From Octopus vulgaris (Eukaryota), in NCBI GenBank assembly GCA_951406725.2, contig OX597830.1:15686001-15750000 (forward strand): DNA of 64,000 bases, read 5' to 3'. The notes under the pieces were generated by a model. The model was not told where the DNA came from. It searched no databases and worked only from the letters and a program-made list of their open reading frames with translations. The position numbers and the translations under genes were made by a program. How positions within the stretch are numbered: position 1 is the stretch's first letter; every line of letters starts with the position of its first letter. Below, one piece after another: positions 37,774-51,318 of this stretch.

Positions 37774-39560
37774 GTTGTTCAGGTCACTGCTTGGAATCAA
37801 ACTTGGAATCTTGGGTTTAGTAGCCCACGCTCTTAACCATTACGCCATATGCCCACCATAGGCATAGTGGTTAAGAGCACGGGCTACTAACCCCAAGATT
37901 CTGAGTCCGATTCCAAGCAGTGACCTGAACAATAATAATAATAACAATATCAAAAAATGCCTTTGGAATGAGAACCCCGGTTCAAAATTTCTCCAAAACA
38001 CCCGATGAAGGCTGGAGGGCATATCAGCCAAAATGTTGTGTTAACAAAGAACAAGATGAGGATAAATATCTGTTGAATGTAAATAATGTAAATAATGCAC
38101 AATTTTAATTTGTTTGAAAGCAGTAACAAGTTTCTTGAGGAATAGGAAAAGTGGTACAGTCAGTTTAGCATCTTAGTTTGTCAAAAAATATGCCACCTCT
38201 TTTGTGAAGAGGTTTTAAGAGGAAGCCACGTGTTAGGATTAGGATCAGACGTTATTTTGTCATCTTGAATGCAATAACCAAGAAAATTGGCACTTGTTTT
38301 ACCTAGAAGTAATATCCAAATCTTTTACATGTAACGGCAATGTGTTAATATTTCTGTTATGATCTTCTATAGAGTTACTTCATACTATAAAGTCATCTAA
38401 ATAGGAGCATGTAGGTTCAATGTTATTTTGTGCAATTATTTGGTTTATCACTTGTTGAAAATATGCTGCAACATTCATAAGGTTAAATGGATTTTAGTAT
38501 ATTTAAACTATTGTCCTAAGGCTTGTAAAAATCATATAAGGACGGTCTATAATCCTTAGTTGCTGTTCATAACAGACATGTTTCATATCAACATTGATAA
38601 AATCTAAATGTTGAGACATAACATGGATTAACTCATCAATAACAGGTACTGGAAAAGCATAAAAAAGGTTGTTGATAGGGGTTCAGAAATTAATAATTAG
38701 GTATGGCTTGTAGATTGTGGGAGCTTTTCTTTTTAGTATAATGAGTTCCCCATGGGCTCCAGTCTTCTCTGGCAGTGTTTCTACAGCTGGATGCCCTTCC
38801 TATCGCCAACAACTCTGGCACGGAAGCCAGTCAAGGCAATGCTGGCATCAGTCAGGTTTGGATGTGAGTTACTCGGTTCTCTAACACCTTTGAAAATTTA
38901 GTTCATTCCTTGTGTAACGAATTTGCGATCACTGACACAATACTTTTGAGCTCATGTAGCAAAAGGTTTGGTGACCTGAGTGAAATCAGTGGAAAGTGTA
39001 ACGGTGGGGGAATCTTCAGGCAAGCAAGACTTTACAACACTAGAGGGCTTTCAGGATCATTAAATTCAAATGCCCCTGGAGATGGCCGAGGCTTGTTACA
39101 CTTTCTGCATATTACATCTAAGCAAAGACTAAGTATAATCAACAGTGACTGTTGTTTGAACATATTACTGGAATTCACAAACAAAGCTATGTTGCGGTCA
39201 TTACAACATTACTACTGAATGGTTTTATGGACTAAATTCTTCTGTTTAGCATTATTTAGCTTGGATAAACTGTCACTGCTTATACTGTCAACTAAAACTT
39301 GAATTAATTGGTTGTTAATCACATCAAAGAGTGCACAGAGCAAAAAAAAAAAAAATGTCCAAATGACTCAGAGATGAAGGAATTAAAGTTTTATTACCTT
39401 GTTTATATGATATCCTGCAAGGTTCATTACATGACTTACACACTAGTGGGAAATGGTTTTCCTTCTTTGCATTTTTAACTTGTGACATTTCTTACTTGGA
39501 CATTTTTTTTTTTTTTGTGGTCATGTCTATATCCTCACCACAATAAAGAAAAATTTTTGT
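37120..39560 (-). pseudogene. Decayed Ty3/Gypsy LTR-retrotransposon gag-pol relic (zinc knuckle, protease, RT, RNase H)
   Basis: Minus-strand motifs in Gypsy order: C..K..HFPLVCKS (~39430-39500), INNQLIQVLVDS.SSDS (~39270-39320), KPFAT..KY..SDRKF..GVREPSNS, YAFPVPVIDELI, YLDD (38392-38403), FLGYCIQDDKITSDP, APFTVRTN..VAFSGTLNKSELQ..LDQEAATVVECLGKW (~37460-37670). Many stops and frameshifts; 3' boundary approximate. Confidence 0.8.
37677..38099 (+). mobile_element. Penelope-like non-autonomous insert: head-to-head tRNA-like palindrome plus decayed hammerhead
   Basis: 12-bp TSD caattttaattt (37665-37676, 38100-38111); IR 37771-37846 / 37861-37935; hammerhead-like 37997-38042 aacac-CCGATGA-a-ggctg..cagcc-AAA-ATGT-T-gtgtt. 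Confidence 0.75.
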
Positions 39561-39637
39561 AAGCAACTGCTAAAAATAGCTTCCTTCTCAGTCTTCTCTT
39601 CTGAAATATTACAGTAGTAATATTTCTACAGGGATTA

Positions 39638-40016
39638 GGCAGCGAACTGGCAAAAACGTTAGCACACTAGGTGAAATGCTTAGCGGTATTTTTCGTCTGT
39701 CTTTACATTCTGAGTTCAAATACCGCTGAGATCAACTTTGCCTTTTATCCTTTTGGGGTCGATAAATTGAGTACCAGTTAAGTACTGAGGTCAATCTAAC
39801 TGACTGGCCCCCACCTCCCCCAAAATTTCGGGCCTTGTGCCTAGAGCAGAAAAGAATATTTCTACAGGGATATTCCACCAAGGTCGACTTTGCCTTTCAT
39901 CCTTTCAGGGTCGATAAATTAAGTACCAATTGTGTAATGGGGTCGATCTAAACAACTGGCCCCACTCCCCAAAAATTTCAGGCTTTGTGCCTAGAGCAGA
40001 AAAGAATATTTCTACA
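39638..40016 (+). mobile_element. SINE family B with duplicated 3' half
   Basis: Flank aatatttctaca repeated three times. Confidence 0.75.
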
Positions 40017-40669
40017 TGGGTATCCAAATTATAATTCTTTAGAGCTGAGTCTGATGTTCAAACATGTACTGTTGTTTCTGGTCCAGTATTTTATTTCTAA
40101 TTAACCTTAGATTGCTTATATTGGCCAGTCTACATTACTCCATAAGGAATACAGGGCTGGTTTCCTATTTCCCTGGTATATATATATTCCTCCTTAAATG
40201 GAACACTGGTCTGTCACAGGATTACTCATTTTTGCCAGCTGAGTGGACTGGAGCAACATGAAATGAAGTGTCTTGCTCAAGAACACAGTGCATTGCCTTG
40301 TCCAGGAGTTGAAACCATTATCTTATGATCAGAAGTTCAATGCCCTAACCACTAAGCCATGCACCTCCATGCATTATTACAGAAAGAGAAGCATCCATTA
40401 TCAATGTCTTTAGTTTTTGTTTATTTTTTGTTGTGTTTTTAATAGGATTCAGACAGCATTGCCTTGAAGTTACAGTCTTTAATCCCTAAGCATTCGGATT
40501 ATTCTGTCCTGTAAAATGCTTATTTATTCACAGTGTTTTGAATTAATCAGGCATTGGCTTGCAGTTTCACTGTTCAATATTGTGATCATTTATTTTTTGA
40601 ATGGCATTGTAGAATAGGTGTGAAAAGCCAAATCTGGCCAGTTTAGGCATAGAACAGTTAGAATATTTG

Positions 40670-41047
40670 TTCAAGGAGCTTGAGAGGCTGTTGGATGGAA
40701 CCTACACTCGCCTCCTTATGAGAGCTCAAAATCTCCCGTGGAAGCGTCATCCAACCAAAGTGCAAATATATGAGAAACCACAACCTGTGTCATCTCTTGT
40801 GAAAGGTAGGAGAGTCCAGTTTGCTGGACATTGTTGTAGAGCAAAAAACGAGGTAATTTCTCCTCTTCTCCTCTGGACACCATCTACTCGCAATACCAGA
40901 GGGCGCACACTTTCCTACTCTGGTGTAATCTCCAGGGATACAGGCATCCAGCAACAGGACCTCCATAATGCTATGATGGACCGTGAAGTCTGGCGTAGCA
41001 TAGTAAATTCCATTGTCTCGACCATGGTCGAACAATGATGATGATGA
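40670..41047 (+). mobile_element. 5'-truncated RTE-type LINE 3' end inserted in a piggyBac-like MITE family 2 copy (~40484-41094)
   Basis: Open frame ..ELERLLDGTYTRLLMRAQNLPWKRHPT..VQFAGHCCRA..AMMDREVWRSIV; (GAT)n tail; 11-bp TSD tagaatatttg (40659-40669, 41048-41058). Confidence 0.85.
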
Positions 41048-41541
41048 TAGAATATTTGGCCAGGATATGTCCAGATTAAATGCTAAAGGGTTTAAGACTT
41101 GATGAAATTGATTCGAAGATTTATTTGGCTGTTCTATAGGGATTATGTGTTAATGTTTAGCAAGAACCTCGCTCACTAGTTTTAATGCCAAATATCCTTT
41201 GACCAATTTAGGACACCCTGCTAATTTATCAGACATCCATGGAGTTTACAGTTGTGTAGTCTGTCAGGATCAGTGATGCTGACTAGAAAATATTTAAAAC
41301 AATGTAATTAGTGTTTGAATTTTGAAATGGAAATTTGTATTGGGTCTTTTGGGGTCATAAAACTCTTTCTATGTTTGATTCATTGAATAAGCCGCCGTAA
41401 AAAATAACAGTAAGGGTTCTATATACCAAAGACTTGATTCGAGAAATAATGCTGCAGTTTGATAGCCATCTTAAGTAAGGGAGAGCACTCGACCATCACA
41501 ATACTTCTTAAGATCACAGCAGTGTGTATTATTCATGTTTG

Positions 41542-41967
41542 GGATCTTTTCGGTCTGAACGGCAGTTTTTTTCTAGCGGTGTCATATGAAATTGTCACCC
41601 ATAATTATGACCCTAGTATCGATCTATTGCATTTCAATCTGTTTTAAGGTTAGGGTTAGGGCTGGGGGGAAGAGTATCTTTTTTTTCTTCACAAATGTAA
41701 ATAAACCCAATCTGTTTCTTAAACGAGGGACATATTCATATGGCACAGAATGTTTTTTTTTTTTACCTCAATAGACGTCACTGATTGGTTGAAATTGCAG
41801 AAATTGAAGAAAAACAACGACAAATATCTTACAAACTATAGAATTTTATCAATAAAGCCAACAGAAAAAAATGTTTTATAAACACATTCTACCAGTATAC
41901 GAAGTTTAAAATTTTTTAGTTACCTAGAAATTATTTTTAAAAACTGCCGTTCAAACCGAAAAGATCC
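41542..41967. mobile_element. Non-autonomous DNA transposon with ~30-bp TIRs and internal telomere-like repeat
   Basis: TIR ggatcttttcggtctgaacggcagttttt / aaaaactgccgttcaaaccgaaaagatcc; TSD catgtttg (8 bp), or atgttt (6 bp) if the termini are GGG/CCC; ggttagggttaggg at ~41648-41661. Confidence 0.85.
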
Positions 41968-42454
41968 CATGTTTGTGCATATTAATGCATATGTGTGTGT
42001 GTGTTTGTGTAGGCATGATTGTGTTTGTTTTTATGGGATTTATTTTTTCGTTTGCAAAGGGATTTGTCTGAATGTTGGGAAAGTAAAGTAGTCATTTCAT
42101 TAATTTGCCTTACCATTCCACCGTCTCTACTCACTATTTCTGCGATATTTCAAGTAATAGCAACTGGGACCACTGTGCATTAAGGCAGAATTCGTTGTAG
42201 ATAATCTCACACACATACACACACACCTACTCGCTCACATACATTTACACATGTGTAGTGGTAAAGCCTGAGACCTGGTGTACTATAAGTGCTTGTCCCA
42301 CTGAAAGTATTTGCATTTTCCATGGTTCCACGAAGATCCCTGCGGCCCCGTAACATGTATATATGAGTGAGAGTGCTTATAGTCAAATCAATATATAAGG
42401 AGCCAAACCAGAGAGGAAGTTAACAGATTGTGATTGGCCAAACCTATTTATTTA

Positions 42455-42676
42455 CTACCCACAAGGGGCTAAACACAGAGAGGACAAACAAGGACAGACA
42501 AACGGATTAAGTCGATTATATCGACCCCAGTTCGTAACTGGTACTTATTTAATTGACCCCGAAAGGATGAAAGGCAAAGTCGACCTCGGCGGAATTTGAA
42601 CTCAGAACGTAGCGCAGACGAAATACCACTAAGCATTTCGCCCGGTGTGCTAACGTTTCTGCCAAGCTCACTGCCT
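42455..42676 (-). mobile_element. SINE family B, young
   Basis: Reverse complement of the 29285/49243 copies. Confidence 0.8.
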
Positions 42677-43330
42677 TAAACCCATTCAGTGTAACCAGCT
42701 GTAAACAATTGGCATAGGGCTGATGCTGTTGATTACTGTAAGAACTGGCAACTCAGTCAAATTTATGGAAGTTGAGCTGAAAATTTCTTGAGCCAGAATT
42801 ACAGGACTTGTCAGAGTTACTTGACACAACTTGTCTTAATTTTGTTGCTCAGTCAAAAGACACTCTATCTATACAAACAAATATTTCTATGTATATATAT
42901 ATATATATTTTTTGTTGTTGTTTTGGTTATCGCTCCTGTCTTTGCCTATTTGAATCTTTTGTTATAGACATTTTTCCTAGTCACTTGTTGTGTTTACCAT
43001 TCAGTCTTCAGACCCCATCTTTTCTTATTATTGTACATGTCTCTCTTTTTTTTTTTCTCTTGTGCTTCTTTATTTGTCATGTGTACAAACATATACACCA
43101 GCGGCTTGTGTTGCTAACACTAGCAAACTGAACATGTGTTAATACTGTGATGCTGTTTGGTTAGTGACCGATGAGGGGTTGAGATTGTCACCATCAGTGT
43201 GTGTGTGTTCGTGTTCTGTTTTTACATAAATTCCGTTTTTGTCCTGCTGTGCTACATTTTCGTTATATATATATTGGATCAGACAGTAAAATATACTGGG
43301 ATAAGAAAGGATTGAAGGCATTCACCTTGG

Positions 43331-43811
43331 TTAACCCTTTCTTTACCGTATTTATTTTGAGATGCTCTGTGTTTCTTTCAGTTACTTTAAATATAACAAA
43401 GAATTTAGTAAAATAACTTAGTTATCATTCAGCTAGTGTTAGGAACATAAATTGTGACTGAGGTTTGGTGGAAGATTTTAATTTAAAACTTATGAAAACA
43501 AGACATTTGTACTACAGAGCCAGAGCTGGTTTCAGCCAGGTTAGTATCAAAAGGGTTAAGAACTGTTTCTCTATTATATATTTTAACCCTTTTTGTTACC
43601 ATATTTCTGTTGAGATTCTCTGTTTCTTTCAATTAATTTTAAATATAACAAAGAATTTAGTAAAATAACTTAGTTATCATTCAGCTAGTGTTAGGAACAT
43701 TAATTGTGGCTAAGGTTTGGTGGAAGATTTTAATTCAAAATTTATGGAAACAAGACATTTGTACAACAGAGCCAGAGCTGGTTTCAGCCAGGTTAGTATC
43801 AAAAGGGTTAA
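43331..43811. mobile_element. Tandem dimer of piggyBac-like MITE family 1
   Basis: 43335-43555 and 43587-43807, each TTAA-flanked, separated by a 23-nt spacer. Confidence 0.85.
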
Positions 43812-44626
43812 GGATGTGCTAGTGAAGATATTGGCATGTCGGGCTGTCCATGAAGATATTTCATTTAAATGGAAGATGTCTACATCTCTTTGTAATGTAT
43901 AGGGTTCATTACAATCTTTAGATATATTCAGTATTACAGTATAACAGACACATTCCATACTCAACGTTACTCGCAACTTTCATTTTGACAATTAATATTG
44001 TTACACTGGCAACAGATGCAAAATTACCTTGCCTGACTTTTATTTCATTATTTTCTGTTTTAATTTCCAATTATTTTCAGATTTAATAATTACTAAAAAA
44101 AAAAAAAAAAAAAAATTTAAATAGTAATAAGATTACACCTTAACTGATCACCATTTTACCTCTGTGACTATACCGTATTTTCTCATTGTGACACTTGACT
44201 ATTATTACTGCAAGCCTGTGTGAATGATTGCTTAGATATTTAAATACCTTCTGGCTTTCTATCGTTTATTTTACACTTTCATAAAGTCTTCCTCTCCACT
44301 TATCTATCGTTTAGTTTCCATCTTTTGATTACTGCCTTAATTTTTCTTTGTTTTTTTTATCCCCCTTCTTGCCTAAAATCTTCCAATCAATGTTGATTTC
44401 TGCGGTTATTTTCTTTCCATTGTAAATATAAATTTGTAATTCTATCCTTATTCAAGATATTTTCACTTTAAGTTTCTTTCATCTCAAGCCATTAATATGT
44501 GATTGGGTGCCAGCCAGCAGTAGTGGACGGACATATTTTTGACTGGATTCTCCAAAACCCATTACAGTTATAATGTGTAAACTTGAATTCTAAATCCGTT
44601 CTTGGGTTTTATTTTTGTCTTTGCAG

Positions 44627-44677
44627 TAATTCCAAACAGCTGTGGGCAGTCGAAAGTCCGTCCATCAACTGCAACAG
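44627..44677 (+). CDS. NAB: Candidate 51-nt symmetric (phase 2-2) cassette exon of the NAB gene
   Basis: Strong acceptor ttttatttttgtctttgcag|, weak donor ag|gttaca. Open in the required phase: (S)NSKQLWAVESPSINCN(R). Lies in non-repetitive sequence. No homology support that I can recognise. Confidence 0.4.
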
Positions 44678-44895
44678 GTTACACTCATTATATTTTTAAA
44701 TCTTCACTATTCAACGCATGAAATACTCTCTTTTAATGCAATGGCATATGGCTAGTTTTGTGCTAAGTGTTTTGTATTTGTTCATTTTTTTTCCAAATAT
44801 AAACGGTGTTTTGTGTTAAATTGAATCCTACAATTTAACTTTGAAATAAATGCAAGAATATCTCTCCATTTTGAAGATCTAAATCTTCTCCACAA

Positions 44896-45220
<325 letters not shown>

Positions 45221-47403
45221 ATTAACGTAGAATGAAATCAGGTTGGAGTTTGTCTGAGGGTTAAACATAAAACACATTTTAAATCATTTTACAGACACAA
45301 ATGACACATAATAGAGAATCTGTAGTTATGATTCTCTTTCGTATCATTTCATATTTTTCCTGCATCATTTCAAATATTATACATACACTTACGCAATAAT
45401 AATGTTTGGCTATATGTCCATTTTGGGGAAACAGGCCATTAGTAATATCCCAGTAATAGTCCAGTGATCTCTCCATGATGACCCTCTAATAATCTAGTAA
45501 TAACCCTATAACAGAACTGTAATAGCCCACTACTTTTTCAGTACATTAATTTTAAACCCAAGTGCCTTGAGCCAATGAGGAAACTTCTAAGCATTTTTTT
45601 GACTTGGTAGAAATAGTTACCAAAATCCCTCTCTAATCACACTCTGCTGTCTTAACGAAAGGCAGAACATATTGGATCACGTTACGGATTTATATTTCAG
45701 TAATGTCTCCATAAATTCTAGAAATCCATTTTTCCAAAATCAAAATGAGAGAATTGAGTTTCCCTTCTCCTTAGTTCAAGTTATAATTGATGTTAATTAG
45801 CATTAATCTGTCGTTTAGTTATGGTGAATATCTAAGTTAAGTCTGTCTTCAGTGTTGTCACCTGTTGTGGTTGTTGTAGCCATTGTTAGCTGTTGTTCTG
45901 TTGTTGTTCTACGATAGTCTTCATTGAGAAATCTCTTACATGTGGTGTACTTCCTCGTTAAGCTTTTAACCTTCAACTTGTCTGTATTGAATATGTTAGC
46001 CAGTTAACGCTACAGTGAACAGCTCCAGGTTGATGTCACTGATCAATGAAACGATTGCCTGGTTCAAAGCTAAGAAACTTTGTCACTACTTAGTAATCTC
46101 TTTGTTATCGCTGTCCATCTTTGTAACTGTTAAAACTGATAATGATGATTCTAAGTTTGTTTGATTATGCCCTGAATCGTTTATTTGTCAATTAAGAGTA
46201 ACACTATCATACTATTAGTTTTTAGTCACTTCACATTTCATTCACCAAATCCTCTTCTCTCTTTCTCCAAAGCCACCCATCCATCCATCCATCCATCCAT
46301 TCATCTGTTTATCTATCTATTACTGCCTCTTCAAATTTTATTCCCCTACCCTACCCACAGGTAAGTTGTACCAATGTTTTAATGTCTGTCTTAGGGCACA
46401 TTCCAAAGGTGCGATATTTTCTGATAGTTCTCTACACACGATCTGGATCCTCTACCCACTTAGCTACTAATACTTGCCAGCTTCTCATTATCAATTCCAA
46501 TAAACTTCTCAAAATTTCTGGTCCAGTTAATGGCTGACAAAAGGCTAAACGCTTTAATTAGAATTCACAAATTTAATCACAGGGCTGTCGTGATCTCTAT
46601 GTAACACTCAGATGATTTCAGTTTCTTCCTTCACTTTGTCTCGTTTTGGCAAGAGGTCAGTGCTATGTGTCTGTGATTTCATCCCCGTTTCCTTGATGTG
46701 GGGAAAAAAAAATGTAAAGCACTCATTCTTGAATACATATATCTTGTTCTCTTCATTTCTTTGTATATTAGCCTTTGTCTGAGATTCATTTCTGTTCATT
46801 AATTCTGTTTGGTGTACGATTTCTCTCTCTTTCTCTCTTCCTCTCACTCTGTATAAAGCCAACATACTACTTTCATCTTGTCTGATTGATTAACTTCTTC
46901 ACATCATTGACATATGAAATCCACCCTTTCGCTTTTCGGCAACCTAACTTGTTTCTCACTAATTTCCATCTAATTCTAACTCTACCTTACACTATATTAC
47001 CAAAATACAGATTACACACAACAATACTTCTTAACATATTGATATTCCTCACTAAATGTAAAGAATTAAAAATCATCCTTGACATATTTGTCTTGCTTGA
47101 TTATTTTATATTCCCCAAGTATTTCAAAGATGAGACTTTTTCATCTAGAGACTTTATTTTTGTTACACATTTCAAATTAGATTAACTTTTTTCATGTCTA
47201 ACTCATTGCAAATCATTGATTATTTCTAAAATAATCCTTTACATATATGAAAACTTGCCTTTGGAGATATTGATTATCATGACAAAAGAATTGAGTAAAC
47301 TTTTTAATAGCTTTCTTCGAGGATATTATTAATTTATCTGAAAATAAATTTGTAGAACAATGAAAAAAAAATTATGATTTAATGTGTGCCTGTTTACACA
47401 TAC

Positions 47404-47453
<50 letters not shown>

Positions 47454-49242
47454 ATGTATGTGTGTGTAGTATGTATGCATACATATATGAAAAATGTATC
47501 TAATGATACTTTTATGGGTGCATAGATATTTTTAGCTACACATTTTTGATATTTAAATATTGTTTACTTAAAAGAATTGATTCTTTTAATCTTATTTAGA
47601 ACCTTTATATTTCTATCTCTGGCAGCATGGAGAGCCAAAATAAATTTCACTCTTTCACTGCAAATATTGGGACTTAATATTTACTTTCAAACTGAGAATT
47701 ATGTCAGTTCTTTTAGTCGATTGTAACAAATGCATTTAGAATTATACTAGAATCACATTGCTCAAAGGAATGGATTGCTTCTCGTCTGAGATACCTAAGG
47801 AACAGTGGGTTACATACATTGTAAGTTAGTGGGTTAATTTGTGAAATGAATTCTGAAATAGAATCGTAGAACGAACAGCTCTTATGCTATTTAATAGCAG
47901 AGAGAGTTTGTGAAGAAGTAAATGTGTGATATACATAAGCATAGTGCTTAAAGTGGGTGCTGGAATAAAGCTTACTGTTTTCAGTTTTAATTTATTCAAA
48001 AAATTAATATCCTGAAGCCATTTATCTTAGGATGAACATAATTGTTCTAGTTTGAAGACAGTTGATATCAAATATTAAAAAAATAGGTTGAAGATAAGCA
48101 TTTTTTTACAATGAGAAATAAAACTGACATTTTAAAACATCTCTCTTTTATCATAGCTTTCAGATAGAGAAATTGCAGTAAATTTTATGAATAAGAAAAT
48201 TTTTATTGTCTAAAAAAAACAATGAAGGGGAAGATTTGACATAACTCTGTCTGTGCATCATGCCAGAAATATTTAACAAGCTTGGGTCATTTTGCTATAT
48301 GACTACAAGAATTATCAGTTGAATAATAAAAAAAAAAAAAAACGGTGAAAATCATCTAAAAAAAAAATTTTTTTTTTAAACTGTCAGATTTCTTTTTCCC
48401 AAGTATTAATTGGCTGCTGCCAGTCTGTGTTGATGATTAAGAAAAGATTGATTACAGTTAATCATTTAGCTGCAGATATATTTGAGAAAACTCTTGTAGG
48501 GATTCCTTTCACTCAAAAGGTTTCAGTTTGTCTTAGAGTCGTTTACTTAGAAATGGATTTTTTTCCTCAAAAATTTAAATAAAAAAAGGCGCAGATAGAA
48601 ATCAACTCTGCAGATTTTTTTTCTAACCTTACTATTAAACATTTCCCTATTATTTTCTTGTTCTTTTTCACTAACCCTTTATTTATTGATATGCTTACTT
48701 GCGATATTAACTTACTTTCGTTAATATTATTGAGAAGTTTTGTGTTCCATTTTTATATTTTTTCTTCGATTTGGCTTTTGATTCTGTCATAACGCAAAGA
48801 CAGAGAATGGAAACTGTTATAGAAACAAATTGAGAAATATTCATATATGTAGTAGAATGGCAGGGATTAAACTGAAGTATTTTTATGCCGTAGTTATAAT
48901 GATGTATATATAATCCATGTTACCCGGTGTTTGTAACACTTGAGTGTCATTGTCACGTAACAATGACAAAATGGATGTTTCCCATTCACTCCACCAGTTG
49001 TAGCCAACATACTTCACGGGTTACACTTTTACTCTTTACATTTGCTTCATGTCAAATGTGAGTGAAAGAAAGTTCCATTCTGTTTCTTGAAAATATGTAC
49101 TTTATCCTTTTTTTTTCTAGAAAATATATGCATTATATATCTTCTACTGAATTGTTTATCTTGAAAATATAAGGAAGCAAAGGGGATTGGCACCAGATAT
49201 TTTTACAAAGGAACTCTTGTGTTCTGTATCATGCTGGGCCTT

Positions 49243-49460
49243 AGAATCGTTAGCGCGCCGGGCGAAATGCTCAGCGGTATTTCGTCTGTCGTTACGTCCT
49301 GAGTTCAAATTCCGCCGAGGTCAACTTTGCCTTTCATCCTTTCTGGGTCGATAAATAAAAGTACCAGTTCCGCACTGGGGTCGATATAATCGACTTAATC
49401 CGTTTGTCTGTCCTTGTTTGTCCTCTCTATGTTTAGCCCCTCGTGGGCAATAAAGAAATA
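49243..49460 (+). mobile_element. SINE family B, young
   Basis: agaatcgttagcgcgccgggcgaaatgc..tagcccctcgtgggcaataaagaaata. Confidence 0.8.
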
Positions 49461-49559
49461 TATAATTACCAACAAAAAAAAAAAACTTGAATATGGTAAA
49501 TGCTTATAAAATGACCTTCCTTTCTGTCTAGCTGTATCTCCATTTTCTCTTATATTATT

Positions 49560-50330
49560 ATTACATGTTGTAGTTCCTTCACATAATCATTTGTGTGATC
49601 AACAGTTTAAGTCAGCTAGCTAGATTTTAGTTGCTAACGGAACATCTGTCTTTATCATACACCCATCTTTATAAATGTTGCTTGTCTTTATGCAACTTCA
49701 CTTAGGATCTGGTCTTGATAACCGTTATCTTTTATCTTTCATACACTTCTCCAGTTGGTTTTCTTCTCGACAATCTGCTGCTATAAATAGGTAACAACTG
49801 CAGGTAACTGTTGTTCTTGCAGGAACACCCCTTATAGTTGCGTTCATTACTATAACGAATGACAAGTGAATCAGGTATCTTCAAAGTTTTTCCATTAAAT
49901 GTGATGTCGTTTGGAACATTAGCTTCTGCAATGTTCTCTGTTCGTTCTTGTATATAACTAAATTAACCATATCAGTAGCTTTCTGTGATCACAAACTTTC
50001 AGCTGTCTTAAAAGTTTCTCTGTAAACTAATCACTGTAACTATCTTCTGCTGCATTCATTATCCATTGCCTTCAATAACATTTGAACCTAACATAGCTCC
50101 ATTGCATTAACTAGCATTGAGAAACCTGTTATCACATTAGGTTCCTAAATAAATTATCGTTTTGATGGTGAAATAAAGTGGTCTTGCCTACAGGCTTCAC
50201 CGTCTATTATAAAGTCAACTGTTTCATCCTCTCATTTACCTCCACCTTAATGATATCTTATCGAACTAGTATATCTTGTTACATTTGTTTGACTTTGCTG
50301 AAGTTGCTTATGACATGACTTAACAGTCAG
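49560..50330 (-). mobile_element. Decayed LINE (RTE-like) RT fragment
   Basis: Minus strand RNYKGCS..NNSYLQLLPIYSSRLSRR.., resembling the NYRGISLL..YKI...I..RL motif of RT domain 1. Heavily degraded. Confidence 0.35.
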
Positions 50331-50919
50331 GATTTAGAAATTTGCTTTTTCTGGCATATTCCAGGGCATTTTAAGAGGGAGGGTTTCCTGAGCAATCTTC
50401 CCAGCCAACTGATTGCCCGTTCTCGTTGGATCGACATGTTTTCATTGCGGCCTCTTTGACTACTAGTGGTGGGGCCCGTGCTGGTCTTTGGTATTGTTCT
50501 AACCAACATCACAGCCAGCAAGATACTGTGTTTTAACAGCTTGTACACCAATATGAAATACAGCACCAGCCATGGACTGATTGAAAGACTGCAAATTACA
50601 CAGATTATAAGCATTTTGATTTAAAATTATGGCATTCCATAATTGATATATATCATAAATTATTCCATAATTTATATATATTATATATACTTTTCATAAC
50701 ACTGTGTAACAATTTTTTAATTTTTATTTTTTGTCTTTGGTCAGTGAGTGTTATTTCCTATTTGCTTCTGTCTAGAAATCAAAGAAAGTGACTACTATTC
50801 CCTTCAAACTTTGCTTTTGTGATCTGGACATCAATGTTTTGAAACTGCCCAATTTTTCCATTAGTTTAAGACAGATTCAGCACCAAGGTGCTGATACAGA
50901 AATATTGCTATAGCAAATA

Positions 50920-51318
50920 CTAGCAGTATTGCCCAGCGTTGCTCGGGTTTGTTTCGACCCCTTAAAGTTGGAATTTTTGAAAAGTAAAACTTTTGTATTA
51001 TGTAGCTTGTTATTCTCTTTAAGTGAACATTTTTCTTGTGGAAATACACCGAAAAATGTTGACACAGCAGTCACAAAATTGTAAAAAACAGGGATTTTCA
51101 TAGAAAAAAAGCACCTTTTTGATGTAAATAATTTTTGGTGTTAACATGGTCCGATTTAATTTTTTTCTTCTACGGAAGGAAGAGCAAGCCTTCTATCATA
51201 ATCTCAATTTTGGTCAACTTGCGCCGCAGGGTCTCAGAGGAGATAGTGTTAGTTGAAGGCTACCAAACTTGCCATACACAGACAACTTCAGCATCATATA
51301 TATATATAGAGAGAGAGA
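50920..51318 (-). mobile_element. Non-autonomous Helitron
   Basis: Minus strand begins A|TC(tctctatatata), ends with GC hairpin cccgagcaacgctggg followed by CTAG|T; no TSD. Confidence 0.8.
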
